64,000 nt of DNA from Cycas panzhihuaensis. Lineage: Eukaryota > Plantae > Cycadophyta. The stretch is taken from contig CM041465.1 of NCBI GenBank assembly GCA_023213395.1, positions 53,575,741 through 53,639,740 of the forward strand. Reading direction: 5' to 3'. The position numbers were made by a program, and so were the translations under genes. Numbering within the stretch: position 1 is the first letter of the stretch; the number at the start of each line of letters is the position of its first letter. The notes under the pieces were generated by a model. It saw nothing but the letters and a program-made list of their open reading frames with translations. It was not told the origin of the DNA and searched no databases. Positions 37,751-49,193 of the stretch are shown piece after piece.

Positions 37751-39023
37751 TAAATCTTGGTTATATGGGATGTAATAAGATTGAAAGATAGGGGATAAAG
37801 AGATTATCCATGCATGGACTTAAAATATTATCAAAAATAACTAAATTAAAGTTAAACTTTATAAAAAAATATATGAAAAAAATTAAATCAATTTAAACAT
37901 ACTATGTATGACTTGTACACGCATACAGAACTTTGGTGAGATCATTCTCTCTCCACACAACTCAATTAGAGACAAAATTTAAGGGGTGCCTAGATACCCT
38001 ACTGGTAAGTTAAAAGTCAAATTTCCCAACAATCTGATAATCACAAAGAGAGAATGAAATTGATAGAGATAGGGAGGTCATATGGACTACATTGAGGTTT
38101 TATAGCTCAGAGAGGGCCTAAAATCACTTAAAGGTTGTTCTATCTAGACCATACCAAGCCTGCACCCTTACTATGAAGGAGATCTGATAAAAAATAAATG
38201 CAAAATAAGTGAATAATGAGGGGAGCAGTGGGGTTTTAATAGCCAAATAGAGTGAGCCAACTTTTGAGAGCAATATCTTAGCATTGGGGTGATAATTTTT
38301 CAAACTATTTGTTTCATTATGATCTAGATTCAATAAGGATCAAAATGAGTAGTCATATGATGTAGTTTTATCCACTGTGAAGAGAGAGAACTAGCACAAA
38401 AAAGTTTAGGAAGGAAGTAGGAACCTCAAAAAATTGATACAAAAATGATTAAATCCTTATCAAAACTTGATGAAACTTAGATAAAAACACTCTAGATATG
38501 TGATGGGCTATATATGCTAGCAGAGGCTACAAAAATCTAGAGAGAGTTAGAAAAAATAGAGTGCACAAATGAAAATAATAAAAATTTGTAACAAAATACT
38601 ATATAAACTACTGATATAATGTTATAAACTGAATAAATATTAAACAAAAAGCTTGTCATGCTTTATACGAACTTGCTTTGATACCAAGTGAAAGTTGTAA
38701 TGGAGATAGAATAAAGTAGGTGCAATAGTATTCAAGCCATGTTCAAAACCATATTCAAACCCATTATTAATCCATTTTGTATATTCTTAATAAATTTTAC
38801 ATAGATTGGTGGGGTTGATGAACACCACGGGTTCTAAGCCCCATAAATTTAGATTTAGGAGGTGGGTGGGAGCCTGCCAAAACCTCCAAATTTAAAATAT
38901 AATCAAATAATAAACAACTTAAAATAAAATAACATTACTTTATCCAAGTTGCGATTGAGGGTGACTCACATGGTTCCAAGATATTTGCATGAATAAATAA
39001 ATATAACAAACATTAATCCAATA

Positions 39024-40196
39024 GAGATTATATCCCATTAAAGAGGTATTTATCTATAAGGAGGGTATTGAGTACCGATAAAGACTATTTTATGGACTAT
39101 TCTAAGTGTGTTGATTGGATGTTAAGGTTGGGCAACTTCTTGTAAGCTTGCATCCCAATTTTTCCTTATACTAAGTGTTATGCCTATATGAGACTAAACC
39201 AGGGCTTGTTTGTGTGATTGTTGGACTGTATGTGGGTAGTTTTACTAGCCATAGTGGTGTAGTTAAGATGTGAGGGCTTAAGAGGACCTACACAAGAACC
39301 TATTCCTTAAAGTCATTTGAAGTAGTTTTAAGAACCTACTCTTTGTGCCTAATTAGTGACCTATTATTTTAGTCATTTCTAAAATATTTGAAGCTATATT
39401 TTGCTTTACTTTTTAATGCACATTTATTAGACTAATTTCATTATCATTTGAGATATATTTAGGGATATTTCCATCAATGATTTTCAAAGTATAAAGGGCT
39501 ATTTTAATGTTATTAAAGGCTATTTTAAAGCATGTTTTGAAGCTATTCCAAGGTTATTTTAAGGCCTATTTTTGGAGTTTGAAGCTACTATAGAACCTAT
39601 TTTTTGAAGTTATTAGAAGGCTATTTTGATGGTGTTATGAGGTTACTTTGGAGCCTATTAAAAGCTGCTAAAAGTTTCTTTTTGATGTAATTTTGGAGAT
39701 GCAAAAAGGATTGTTTGAAGACTTTTATTTAAAGAAGTTTACAAGTACTTTGTAACAGGTTTATTACAGATCTTTGATTTAAAAGAAGGGGCTATTTTCA
39801 ACCTACTCACAAATACGTTTTGTTGTAGATACAATGGATATTTTACATGCAAGTGGTACCATAAATATATACATGCATAATTATCATAATGAAGATCACA
39901 TCCATGAAAGATATATTATTTTGCTTTCTGTCATATAATGAGTGTATATAATTGGTGTGTAGTAACCTCCTTGAATTCTAATGGGTAGATTGCAATAAAG
40001 TTGGTAGCAATGGTTGAGGGAGTTTTTTCATGCTTTTTGGAAGCTAGAAATTGCTCCATATTCTTAAAAGAAAAAGTGTCCATAGTTAAGTAGCCTCTTC
40101 TTTTAAAATAATGATAAATAGTGGGAGTTTACATGTCAAAATACATGTCTATTTTAGTAAACCCTAAAGAGTTAAAAAAAAAAGTTTATTTAGGCT
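39024..40196 (+). repeat. Right copy of the ~1.17 kb direct duplication
   Basis: Starts at the LTR terminus; matches 23601-29911 minus the copia; third copy near 58662-59836. Confidence 0.92.
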
Positions 40197-41188
40197 TTTA
40201 AATTTGTCACACTTGAATTTTATATATATTGTAAAGCATGAGGTTTTTCCCCCTCAAATATATAGCCTCCTTGTGTTATTACTACATTGAAAAAATTAAA
40301 AAAAAAAAGAAAAAAGAAAAGTTTTGAGAATATATTTGTGGACTTCAATATTTAGCCTATGATATATGTATGGAAAAAAAAAAGGCATGTAATAGCACAA
40401 CACTTAATGATAACATGGGTGGCAGCCCTTAAATATGAGGCCCTAGAACATATGAAGTTGCTCTTGGTGAGAGCTAAGAGAAAAGGCATTATCCATGGCT
40501 AGTTGGTTGACCACCACCTTTGTATATTTGTGGATGTATAAGTGCTACTGTCTACAATCACCTAACCTATTACACTCGACAATGAAGTTGTTCATGCCAT
40601 AAAAGATTGATGCTACCACATAATGAATAGATCAAAGATGGAATAGAGAAAGAAATTATTACTATAAATAAATTTGCCTTCATCATTCTCAACTTGCATA
40701 ATTTATTATGAAGATCATATGGGAGCTCGACCCTTTGTGCAATCATATAATGAAAAAGGAGAATAAGTGATTAATGCTTTAATTTCATGTTGGAAAAATG
40801 AATATGGAGTTATAATATAATGCTAGAAAATGAATTTGCTCTGAAAATAAAAGATGAAATATGGTGAGTGAATGATAATGTAATAAGGCACAAGAGAGAT
40901 AAAGCATATTCAAGTTAACACAAAGAAATGGAAGAATGACCAAATCTTAAATTAGAATGAAGAATGATGTATATACTTATAGTACAACTCACCACTTATA
41001 AGAGAACCCTCATTGGTCAATATTGTAGGTTGGTAAACATTTCTGTGTGGCACACAACTTAAGAAGAACTTAAATATAAAATATAAATAAATCTAGAGAG
41101 TGTAAATAGGGACAATTATGTAATTGGGTATTACACCTAACAGTAACCCCTTACATGACTACCATGTCGCTTCACTCATGGTTAGGAA

Positions 41189-43045
41189 TTTTTTTTTTTT
41201 TTTATACAGTTTAAATAATGGGGGTTTTGGAGGGTCTCCAATCCGTTTACATCATGTGCTAATTAGGCCTCAAAACTATTGTGACAAGCCCATGACCTAG
41301 ATAATTCCTACCCCAATTCATATGAAGTACCCTCCTTTACCACTAACAAGCCCAATGGTTGACTTAGCAATCTTACCTAATATCCAAACCATCTAGATCA
41401 TTTCTAACTAAATCTAGAATCCTTTTAGGAATTATGTCCTTCTAGAGCTCATACCTTTTAGTCTAAACTCACCAATTAGCTAGCCCATCAGCAACTCCAT
41501 TACCTTCTTTATAAGTATGGGTCATCTGATAATCATTTCTACTTGTTAGAATCTCCTTGACATCATTTATTCAATTTCTATATCTCTAAACAGGATTGGA
41601 GTCCCCCTTAATTTACTTTATTATGTTCAATGAATCACCTTCTATAATGACCCTATTATGGTCTTCCCTCATAATTAGGTCCACAACTTTACACATAGTT
41701 TCCAATTTAGTATGATGATTTGTTTGGGAATTGTAATAGTCCATAAAAGCCCAAATCCCCTTTCCTTTTGTATTCCTGCATACCCCACCACCCTCTTCTT
41801 CTCCAGGGTTACCTTTCATAGCTCTATTAAAATTTACTTCACCCAACCTACAGGGGAGGGAGAAGCCATTCGTAGTTCCTAGTGGATTTCAACTTAATCT
41901 TAAAGCTAATCCCCCATTTTTCTAAGATCTTTCTTTCCTTAGGTAAAACTGGATTATCCTCTTCCTTCTTCAAATTCTCTTTGAGGGCCTCGACAATAAT
42001 CTTAAAGAGTTTAGGTTCATCCATATACTTATCCTAAAAGATTCTTTTCTTTCTTTCTTTCCACAAATTCTAGATCATTACTAGGATATAAGTGGTCCAT
42101 ATGGTCTTCAAGACCCTACCTCTAAAGGGATAGCTCCAGGAAACAACCAAATCCCAAATCAATCCTGGGAGAACGCACTCCACCCCAAGGGCATTCAACA
42201 ACAACTTCCAAATCCCCCTAGAATAGGTACAGTGAAACATAATATGAGCAAGAGATTCCTCCTTCTCCTTGCATAAAATACACCTACTAACCATAATGAA
42301 GCCTCTTTTCTTGAGGTTGTCTATTGTTAAAATTTTATTTTTTAATCATAACCACTAGAAGATGGCAATCTTGGGGATTAATCTGAAGTTCCAAACACCT
42401 CCCAATACTTTATTATCATTGAAGCCTTTCACAGAGAGTAGAGCCAAGTAACTCATCTTCACTGAGTATTCTCTAGAAGGAGTCATAGGCCATACTATAA
42501 CATCTTCCTTAGGAATTTTGGGGATACAATTTTTGGCAATCTCGGATCTCAGAAGGAAGATATGGTCCCTACCTACTGAAGAGGGGAGGTCGTCAAAGCT
42601 TCTCCAATTCTTTTTATCCCTATGATTTTATAAATAATATTTAACCTTCCTACCATAGACCCCCTCATAGATATTCTGGAGCAAACCTATGGAAGGTCTT
42701 GACTTTAACTGAGGTCTTCCACACCACACATCCTCCTAGAGGTTTACTTTTGCTCCATTCCCTAAACTCCACTTGACCCCTTCCACCAGAAACTTCCTCA
42801 CGGTTATGAGGCTTCTCCATATCTTAGAACCACCTCTCCGTGAAAGGTCATATATTAAATACTACCTATATCTGAGATATTTCTGGATTATAATTCTGTG
42901 CCAAGATTTATTATCCCCCTCAGCCAGACTCCAGCCCACTTAGGGAGATAAACTTTCTCCCAAGCTACAAGATGAATCCTGTCCCTATCCTTCAAACCTA
43001 ACCATAGAAGCCTCTTCTAAATAAACTCCATATCACTGATAAGTT
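41189..43045 (-). mobile_element. 5'-truncated L1-type LINE (ORF2 C-terminus: zf-RVT and RNase H-like) with poly(A) tail
   Basis: T-run 41189-41203; ORF 42070-42294 SRCILCKEKEESLAHIMFHC; ORF 41613-41846 VNFNRAMKGNPG..GGGVCR...IIEGDSLNII; 5' boundary approximate. Confidence 0.9.
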
Positions 43046-43369
43046 GGCACATATTGTATTGATAAACTAAAATGATGTAAAATAACAAAGTATGCACTTA
43101 GAGTTTAGCAAAGTTAGCCAAAAGTTCAAAATATATAGAGGCATTTGTATTATGTGCATGACATGATCAAACTCTTACAAATTGTTATACCTCCATGAGA
43201 ATTATTTCCCCAATACTTAGATGTGCATCCTTAGACATATGATAATCATAGTAAGCAATACAAATGTTGCTTTACCTTTCAAAATGTGTAAACTAGTTAG
43301 TATGATATAACATGATATAAGAGTTATAAATTAAAGATAATGACCTTCATGACCTATTGAAGGCAACCC

Positions 43370-45463
43370 TGTTATGATCCTCTACCATATGAGGTTACTT
43401 ATATTGCATTTATTCCACATGCATAAGTCTAAGAGATGGGAAGCCCTAATAGCCCCGTATATATGTATGTAATGTATAAGGAGATCATCATGATGTATTT
43501 TGTAATCTTATGTTAATGAATGTTCTTTGGAACTTCATCTTCTTTTCTATCTTTTATCTATCATTTTCTATTTCTATTTCTCTATGTTGAATGGTAACAT
43601 GAATAGATTCATTACAATTGGTATCAGAGCGGCGATCTTGAAGGTGTCATTAAGAGTTTAAAAGCATCTTCGAGAGAATAAACATTAAAAATTCTAAGAA
43701 GTAATAGCGAAATTAAGATGAAATAGCTCGTTCTATAAATTTTGAGTGGTCACACTATAGATTTTCAGGAAACAGTGTGAAAATTGCAACAAAATTAATT
43801 TTAGCCTTCATTTTTTTCTGTCACCATAATTCTGGGATAGATCTACAACCTCAACTTCAAAGAGCCATAACGTTTCCTATAAGTATCCAAATGACCTCAA
43901 ATTTTTTTTGATTATGTGCATTTTTTAATTTACTTTCCAATGGAAGTAGTTTGAGGCTAATTAGAGTTTGGAGAAAAAAATTATTAGCATTTTATCAACA
44001 AGTACTATTTCAGCCTATAAAAACCCTAACAGTGAAATTCTTAAAAGAGGCATAACTTTTGATCTAGATATTAGAATTCAATTTTGTTTGTACCATTAGA
44101 ATTATATTTCTGAGGTTGTCATCCTACTCCATATTTTATATATTTTTTGAGCTATGTTTTTTTTCAGAAATGATGTTTTTTGAAATTAAGGGTTTCATAT
44201 TATATTTTCTTAGCCATTAAGATCGTGGTCTCAAAACCATTACTCATGAGACCCAATATATAATTTTGTATCAAAATTAGGGGATAATAGGCTACATACA
44301 CCCCTAATCTCTCCTATATCCATATTATCATGGCTATAAAAAGGCCCATACCACTCATCTTTAATGCGGATGGGACTCTTTCTATAAAAGATTGGGTTAA
44401 AGATATGGATGCATGTTTAGAATCATTTGATGATAACTACATGCGCAATGAGGAGATGACTATAGTAGTCTCATTATATCTACAAGGAGAGGCTTATCTT
44501 TGGTTTAAATATTGGTATGACCCAAATCATCTCCTTAATACATTTTATTTTCTAAAACTAGCTATATGTAAGAAATATAATGATTTATGGTGGAAAGAGA
44601 TGCAAATTCTCAAACAAAACAAAGAAGAAGCATGGAAAATACTTGAGAAGTATAATTACAGTATGGGACAAATAATTCTCTTAACTCCACAAAGTCAAGA
44701 ACAAAAGAAAGATTATGAGGAATGTCAAGAGCAAGTAACAGAAGTTTTTTGCCATACCACACCACCAGTTGCACCCAAGGATAAGGAAGAAAAGGTATCA
44801 CCTCAAATGGAAGAGCAAGTAACAAAAGTTATTTGCCACCCCACATCACCAGTGGCACCTAAGGATAAGGAACAAAAGGCATCACAAATAGTTGAAAGGC
44901 AAACTAAAGTGAAATCATATCGGCATCCACATTATCAAGAGGCCCAGCACAAGAAAACTTATCAAGCAAGGCATTCATCTACTACAAACACCAGGCAAGA
45001 ACAACATTTGAGCTTATGGTTTCAACATTACAGATATCCAGAGTATATTAGAGGATATTTAGGGTGTATCAAGATCAACTTGGGATGGATAGGTCCCTAT
45101 TCCATGCACAACTTTTCTGCCAACATTTGTAAGAGCTATTGATTGAAGAATAATAACAAGAGATGGTCATTAAATCAAGATGCTTCGAGGGCAAGGCATT
45201 TTTAGGGGGGAGGGCATGTTATGATCCTCCACCATATGAGGTTACCTGTATTGCATTTATCCCACATGCATAAGTCTAAGAGATGGGTAGCCCTAATAGC
45301 CCCATATATATGTATGTAATGTATAAGGAGATCATCATGATGTATTTTGTAATCTTATGTTAATGAATGTTCTTTGGAACTTCATCTTCTTCTTTATCTT
45401 TTATTTATCATTTTCTATTTCTATTTCTCTATGTTGAATGGTAACATGAATAGATTCGTTACA
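43370..45463 (+). mobile_element. Small non-autonomous gypsy-derived gag-only LTR retrotransposon (TR-GAG-like), 2094 bp
   Basis: 247-bp LTRs 43370-43616 and 45217-45463 (about 10 differences); TSD AACCC; PBS tggtatcagagc 43619-43630; G-rich PPT at 45204-45216; empty sites near 11830 and 49722. Confidence 0.95.
44330..45142 (+). CDS. 270-aa Gag-like protein with two 28-aa internal repeats
   Basis: Uninterrupted ORF; N-terminus PLIFNADG...KDWVKDMD...VVSLYLQGEAYLWF resembles Ty3/gypsy gag; 84-bp tandem repeat at 44728 and 44812. Confidence 0.75.
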   Translation: MAIKRPIPLIFNADGTLSIKDWVKDMDACLESFDDNYMRNEEMTIVVSLYLQGEAYLWFKYWYDPNHLLNTFYFLKLAICKKYNDLWWKEMQILKQNKEEAWKILEKYNYSMGQIILLTPQSQEQKKDYEECQEQVTEVFCHTTPPVAPKDKEEKVSPQMEEQVTKVICHPTSPVAPKDKEQKASQIVERQTKVKSYRHPHYQEAQHKKTYQARHSSTTNTRQEQHLSLWFQHYRYPEYIRGYLGCIKINLGWIGPYSMHNFSANICKSY

Positions 45464-48120
45464 AACCCTAACAATAATTTTGTATTAAGTGTTCTCTCTC
45501 TCTCTCTCTCTCTCTCTACATGCACCAATCTAAATTATTGTCATGGATATTCTATGTTAATATATTCAACATTATTCATACAAATATGCTAGTCAAATAT
45601 ATTCACACAAATACATAGAGGTTTATTCATATAAATACATCAATTATATAGGTGAAAATAGCCTAGGCTATGAACTATTCAAATTTTCCTAGTTTTGTAG
45701 TACTTAATCCCAAAGGTCTATTTTATTTATTAGATTTTACATAGCTCATCTCAATGACACATCATATGCTATATTATTATGTAGTAATGATGTGTCAAGC
45801 ATGCACACTTTTCATTGTTCACTTAATTATTGATTAGTGAATATAATTACTTAGGAATTAGTGTATAACTTCATTTGTTATTAGAGATAAATACTTACAT
45901 TGAACATATTCATATTCTTATTATAGTATTTGATAGTTTGATTATATGGTATTTATTTATGCTATGCACATGTGAATACCTTCCCCCTCTTTTATAGTGT
46001 AAGAATACATATAGTAATCTTTTGTGGTTGGTTCTATTAATAGTATATTTGGAATTTTATTTAATTAGTATTATTTTTTCAATATTTAGAAAATTATTTT
46101 AATCTTTTTTTTGGTTTATGAAATAAAGCCCATTTATAATTACTTTAGTTCATACATGTAGGAATTTCCTTATACTTGTCCATGAGTGTACATAATAAGG
46201 AGATACTATATATATATACACAACACATGTAATATGTATTAACTTGTTTTGGTATACTAATGTGTGAAAAGTTTTTTTTTCCTTTTTTTCTATATAAAGC
46301 TATAAGGCATTAAAGTATATATTGTATGTTGTAAAATCTTATTGTAATATACCAAGTCATTATATTAGTCTAATATCTCCTAAAGAAATAGAATTATATA
46401 ATAATCAATATGCCATATGTATTAACTAATATTTATAGAAGAATGTTAGTGATTATGCATATCATTGATAAGAATATAACATTTTGTTATCCTCACATTC
46501 TCCCCATATGAGTGCAAATAGAAAAGCCCTCATATATTATGGGAATTGAATATGTTGTAAACTTTGGTGGTTATAATTGTTGAACTTAAAATTGATGCAA
46601 CTTTCATTTCTTTCATAATAATATATAATTAGTGTTTCACTCCATTAGTGATCTTAATAACTTTATTTCCATTTTAATTTAGGTCATCATCACTGACACT
46701 TCTTTGTAATGGTTACCAATAATCATGATAAAGTCATAAAATATTGTTAGGATAAGGCCCATCTTGTGGCAATATCTATATCTCTTCTTAGTAGCATTTG
46801 ATGGTGTTTGTTAATGCCAACCAATAGTTGCCTTTAAGATGTATGCCATCACACCCTCAGTCTCACCTATAATATTTTAGGTATCAAGGGCCCTAGTGTT
46901 CTTCAACACCACCACTCCAGTGGATCATCTTGTTCTCTTCTTTGCTTGTTGTGTGCATTTGAAGGTATCTTGAGATGCCAAAAAATATGTAGATGCTTTC
47001 CCTCTCATATAAATGCTATGATCAATAGGAATAGGATGCCTAACATTCAATACTAAGCATTATGTCCAATCAAGAAAACATATTAATATATTATAGGATT
47101 TTTTTTTATTATTATAAGTATGTTTAATTAAGAAAATAATAAACATTTATAATACACATAATAATATAACAAATACATATATATGTATATGCTCATCTCC
47201 CTCTAGTATTATACGTTTAGAACCAAATTAAGTTCATGAATGATAAATTTATCTTTTATTTTTATAACAATGTTATTTTGCTTATATTTCTTATGTCTTA
47301 TATTTTAATATTTATTATATAATGTGTTATATTCCATATGTTGTTAAATATCATTTTAAAGTTTGATACATCCATTATGAAGCAAATAAGATAGGACCAA
47401 TTAATACTTAAAATTATTATGTACATGACACATAAATAGCATATACTCTATTATATATAATTGATATGGGAATAAATTTTGAATAATAATTGATTAATAG
47501 AGCTTTCAACATCTACCTTTTGACTTACATGTCATGATCATATATAGAAGGCTCCTTTATATAACCATTATCATTTGTACTTACCTTATAAATGATATAA
47601 AATTTATTCATTCCAACTTATGGATGAGCCCATTAGAAAGTGTAACTCACAATCATCCTAAAAAAGACCTAACACTATTATAGTTTCTTATGAGGAAAAC
47701 TATCTAGATGTATTATAACTAAATACATTACGAATCTTTTTTGTATGAAAGTATACCTACATCCTTTCATAGATTAATTCAAAATGTTAGGTAGAAGAAA
47801 GAAAACATTTTAGTTCATATTTTTTCTTGTTGAAGTAGTTTCTTTAGAATGAATATGGACTTATACATCCTTATTAACCACAAATATTAGAACATAATTA
47901 GAATTAGGATAGATTAAAATTTGTTACAATTGCTAAATATTGATGAGAAAGTTTAATCATGGGCATTTTAAGGTGAATAGACTTTATTGTATTAAATACA
48001 AAGGATGGTGATAGTTACAACTTAAATTCAAAAGATTATTCCCCCTTATTCATCCTTAAGTACCATGTATTTATTGAATATTAAGGCTTCTTAGTTGAAT
48101 TAACTAATCCATATGGGATG

Positions 48121-48168
48121 GATATATATATATGTGTGTGTGTGTATGTGTGTGTGTGTGCGTGTGCA

Positions 48169-48199
<31 letters not shown>

Positions 48200-48220
48200 A
48201 TATATATATATATATATATG
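48121..48220. repeat. (TA)n(TG)n(TA)n compound microsatellite
   Basis: Directly visible. Confidence 0.95.
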
Positions 48221-49084
48221 TATGCTTAATGAGCTACTATTGTAAATGTGATTTTTAATATAATGGGATTAATTATTCTTCTCTTAAATAACTTAGATCT
48301 ACTGTAAATTCTATAAAGTCACATTCATAATCATCTTTATTAATCCCATATAAATATTTTTCTCTTGGTTAAGTGTGCATATCTCTTTCCCTAACTAATG
48401 GGATATTACACTAATTTTAAATTCTCTTTATTCATTAAATAGAATGAAATGCCCTCTACTATAGAGAGGGTTTAATTAATTTAATATAGATAATTATTTT
48501 CATTCTCTATTCTAGAGTGTTATAGGCCTTTAGTTTATGAATAGTCCTCATGAAATGATTTATATTTCATTTTCCTAAAATAAGTCATCAAGTTTTCCTA
48601 AAAGAAATTAGCCAATAATTGACTAGTTATCTTTTTCTTTGATACTTCCATCGATCTTGTATTAATATGCTATGGGCTTTTAAATTCAATGAGATTTAAA
48701 TGGAAGTGTGAAAAGGAAGTATATGTTACCTTATTTTACACTCAATCGCTCAATAGGATAAAATAGATGCTCTAATTGAAATGCCTTTTACATGATTTGG
48801 TTATCCATGGCCTTTTAAAATAGTAAGAGATAATTTCAAAAGGATCTCATTTATATTCTTATATTTGACTATATTTTTGATGTTGCATGATGTATTCATT
48901 AATTGTAAGGCTATTGGAGGACTTAGATGTAGTTGTCCCAACTTTTATCAAGAATATTCTAAATTAAAGAAAAAGGGTATGAATTTAGATTATTGATACT
49001 GAATAGATACTTATTACAGTCTAACCAAATATTGAACTTCATACTCTTTTTCTTTTTCCTTTTCCTTCTTTATTTATTTATTTT

Positions 49085-49193
49085 TGTGTGTGTGTGTGTG
49101 TGTGGAGTGGGGGGGTTGGGGTAGGTATGGGTATGTGTGTTTGTGTGTGTGTGTGTGTGTATGTGTGTGTGTGTGTCTGAGAGAGAGAGAGAG
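49085..49193. repeat. Compound (TG)n/(GA)n microsatellite
   Basis: Directly visible; paralogue of 11172-11297. Confidence 0.95.

Larger units (their letters stand above)
29911..39023 (-). mobile_element. Non-autonomous gag-only copia-derived LTR element (~3.8 kb without its nested insert)
   Basis: LTRs 29911-30236 (lacks outer 9 bp) and 38689-39023; PBS gctttgatacca 38675-38686; PPT complement ttctctccc at 30237; gag remnant but no PR/IN/RT recognised. Confidence 0.85.
10408..41825 (+). repeat. Tandem segmental duplication, copy 1
   Basis: 10408-20490 is colinear with 48310-57985, and 38341-41825 with 57981-61464; roughly 90% identity by eye. Confidence 0.95.
43055..45562 (+). repeat. Third partial copy (~0.4 kb) of duplication sequence 11520-11926, split by an LTR element
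   Basis: gagtttagcaaagttagccaaaa and the downstream (CT)n tract are shared with 11520-11926 and 49415-49815. Confidence 0.88.

Noticed and set aside
40465-40500. Possible miR390/TAS3-like target site
   Set aside because: Match too weak and no tasiARF sequence nearby.
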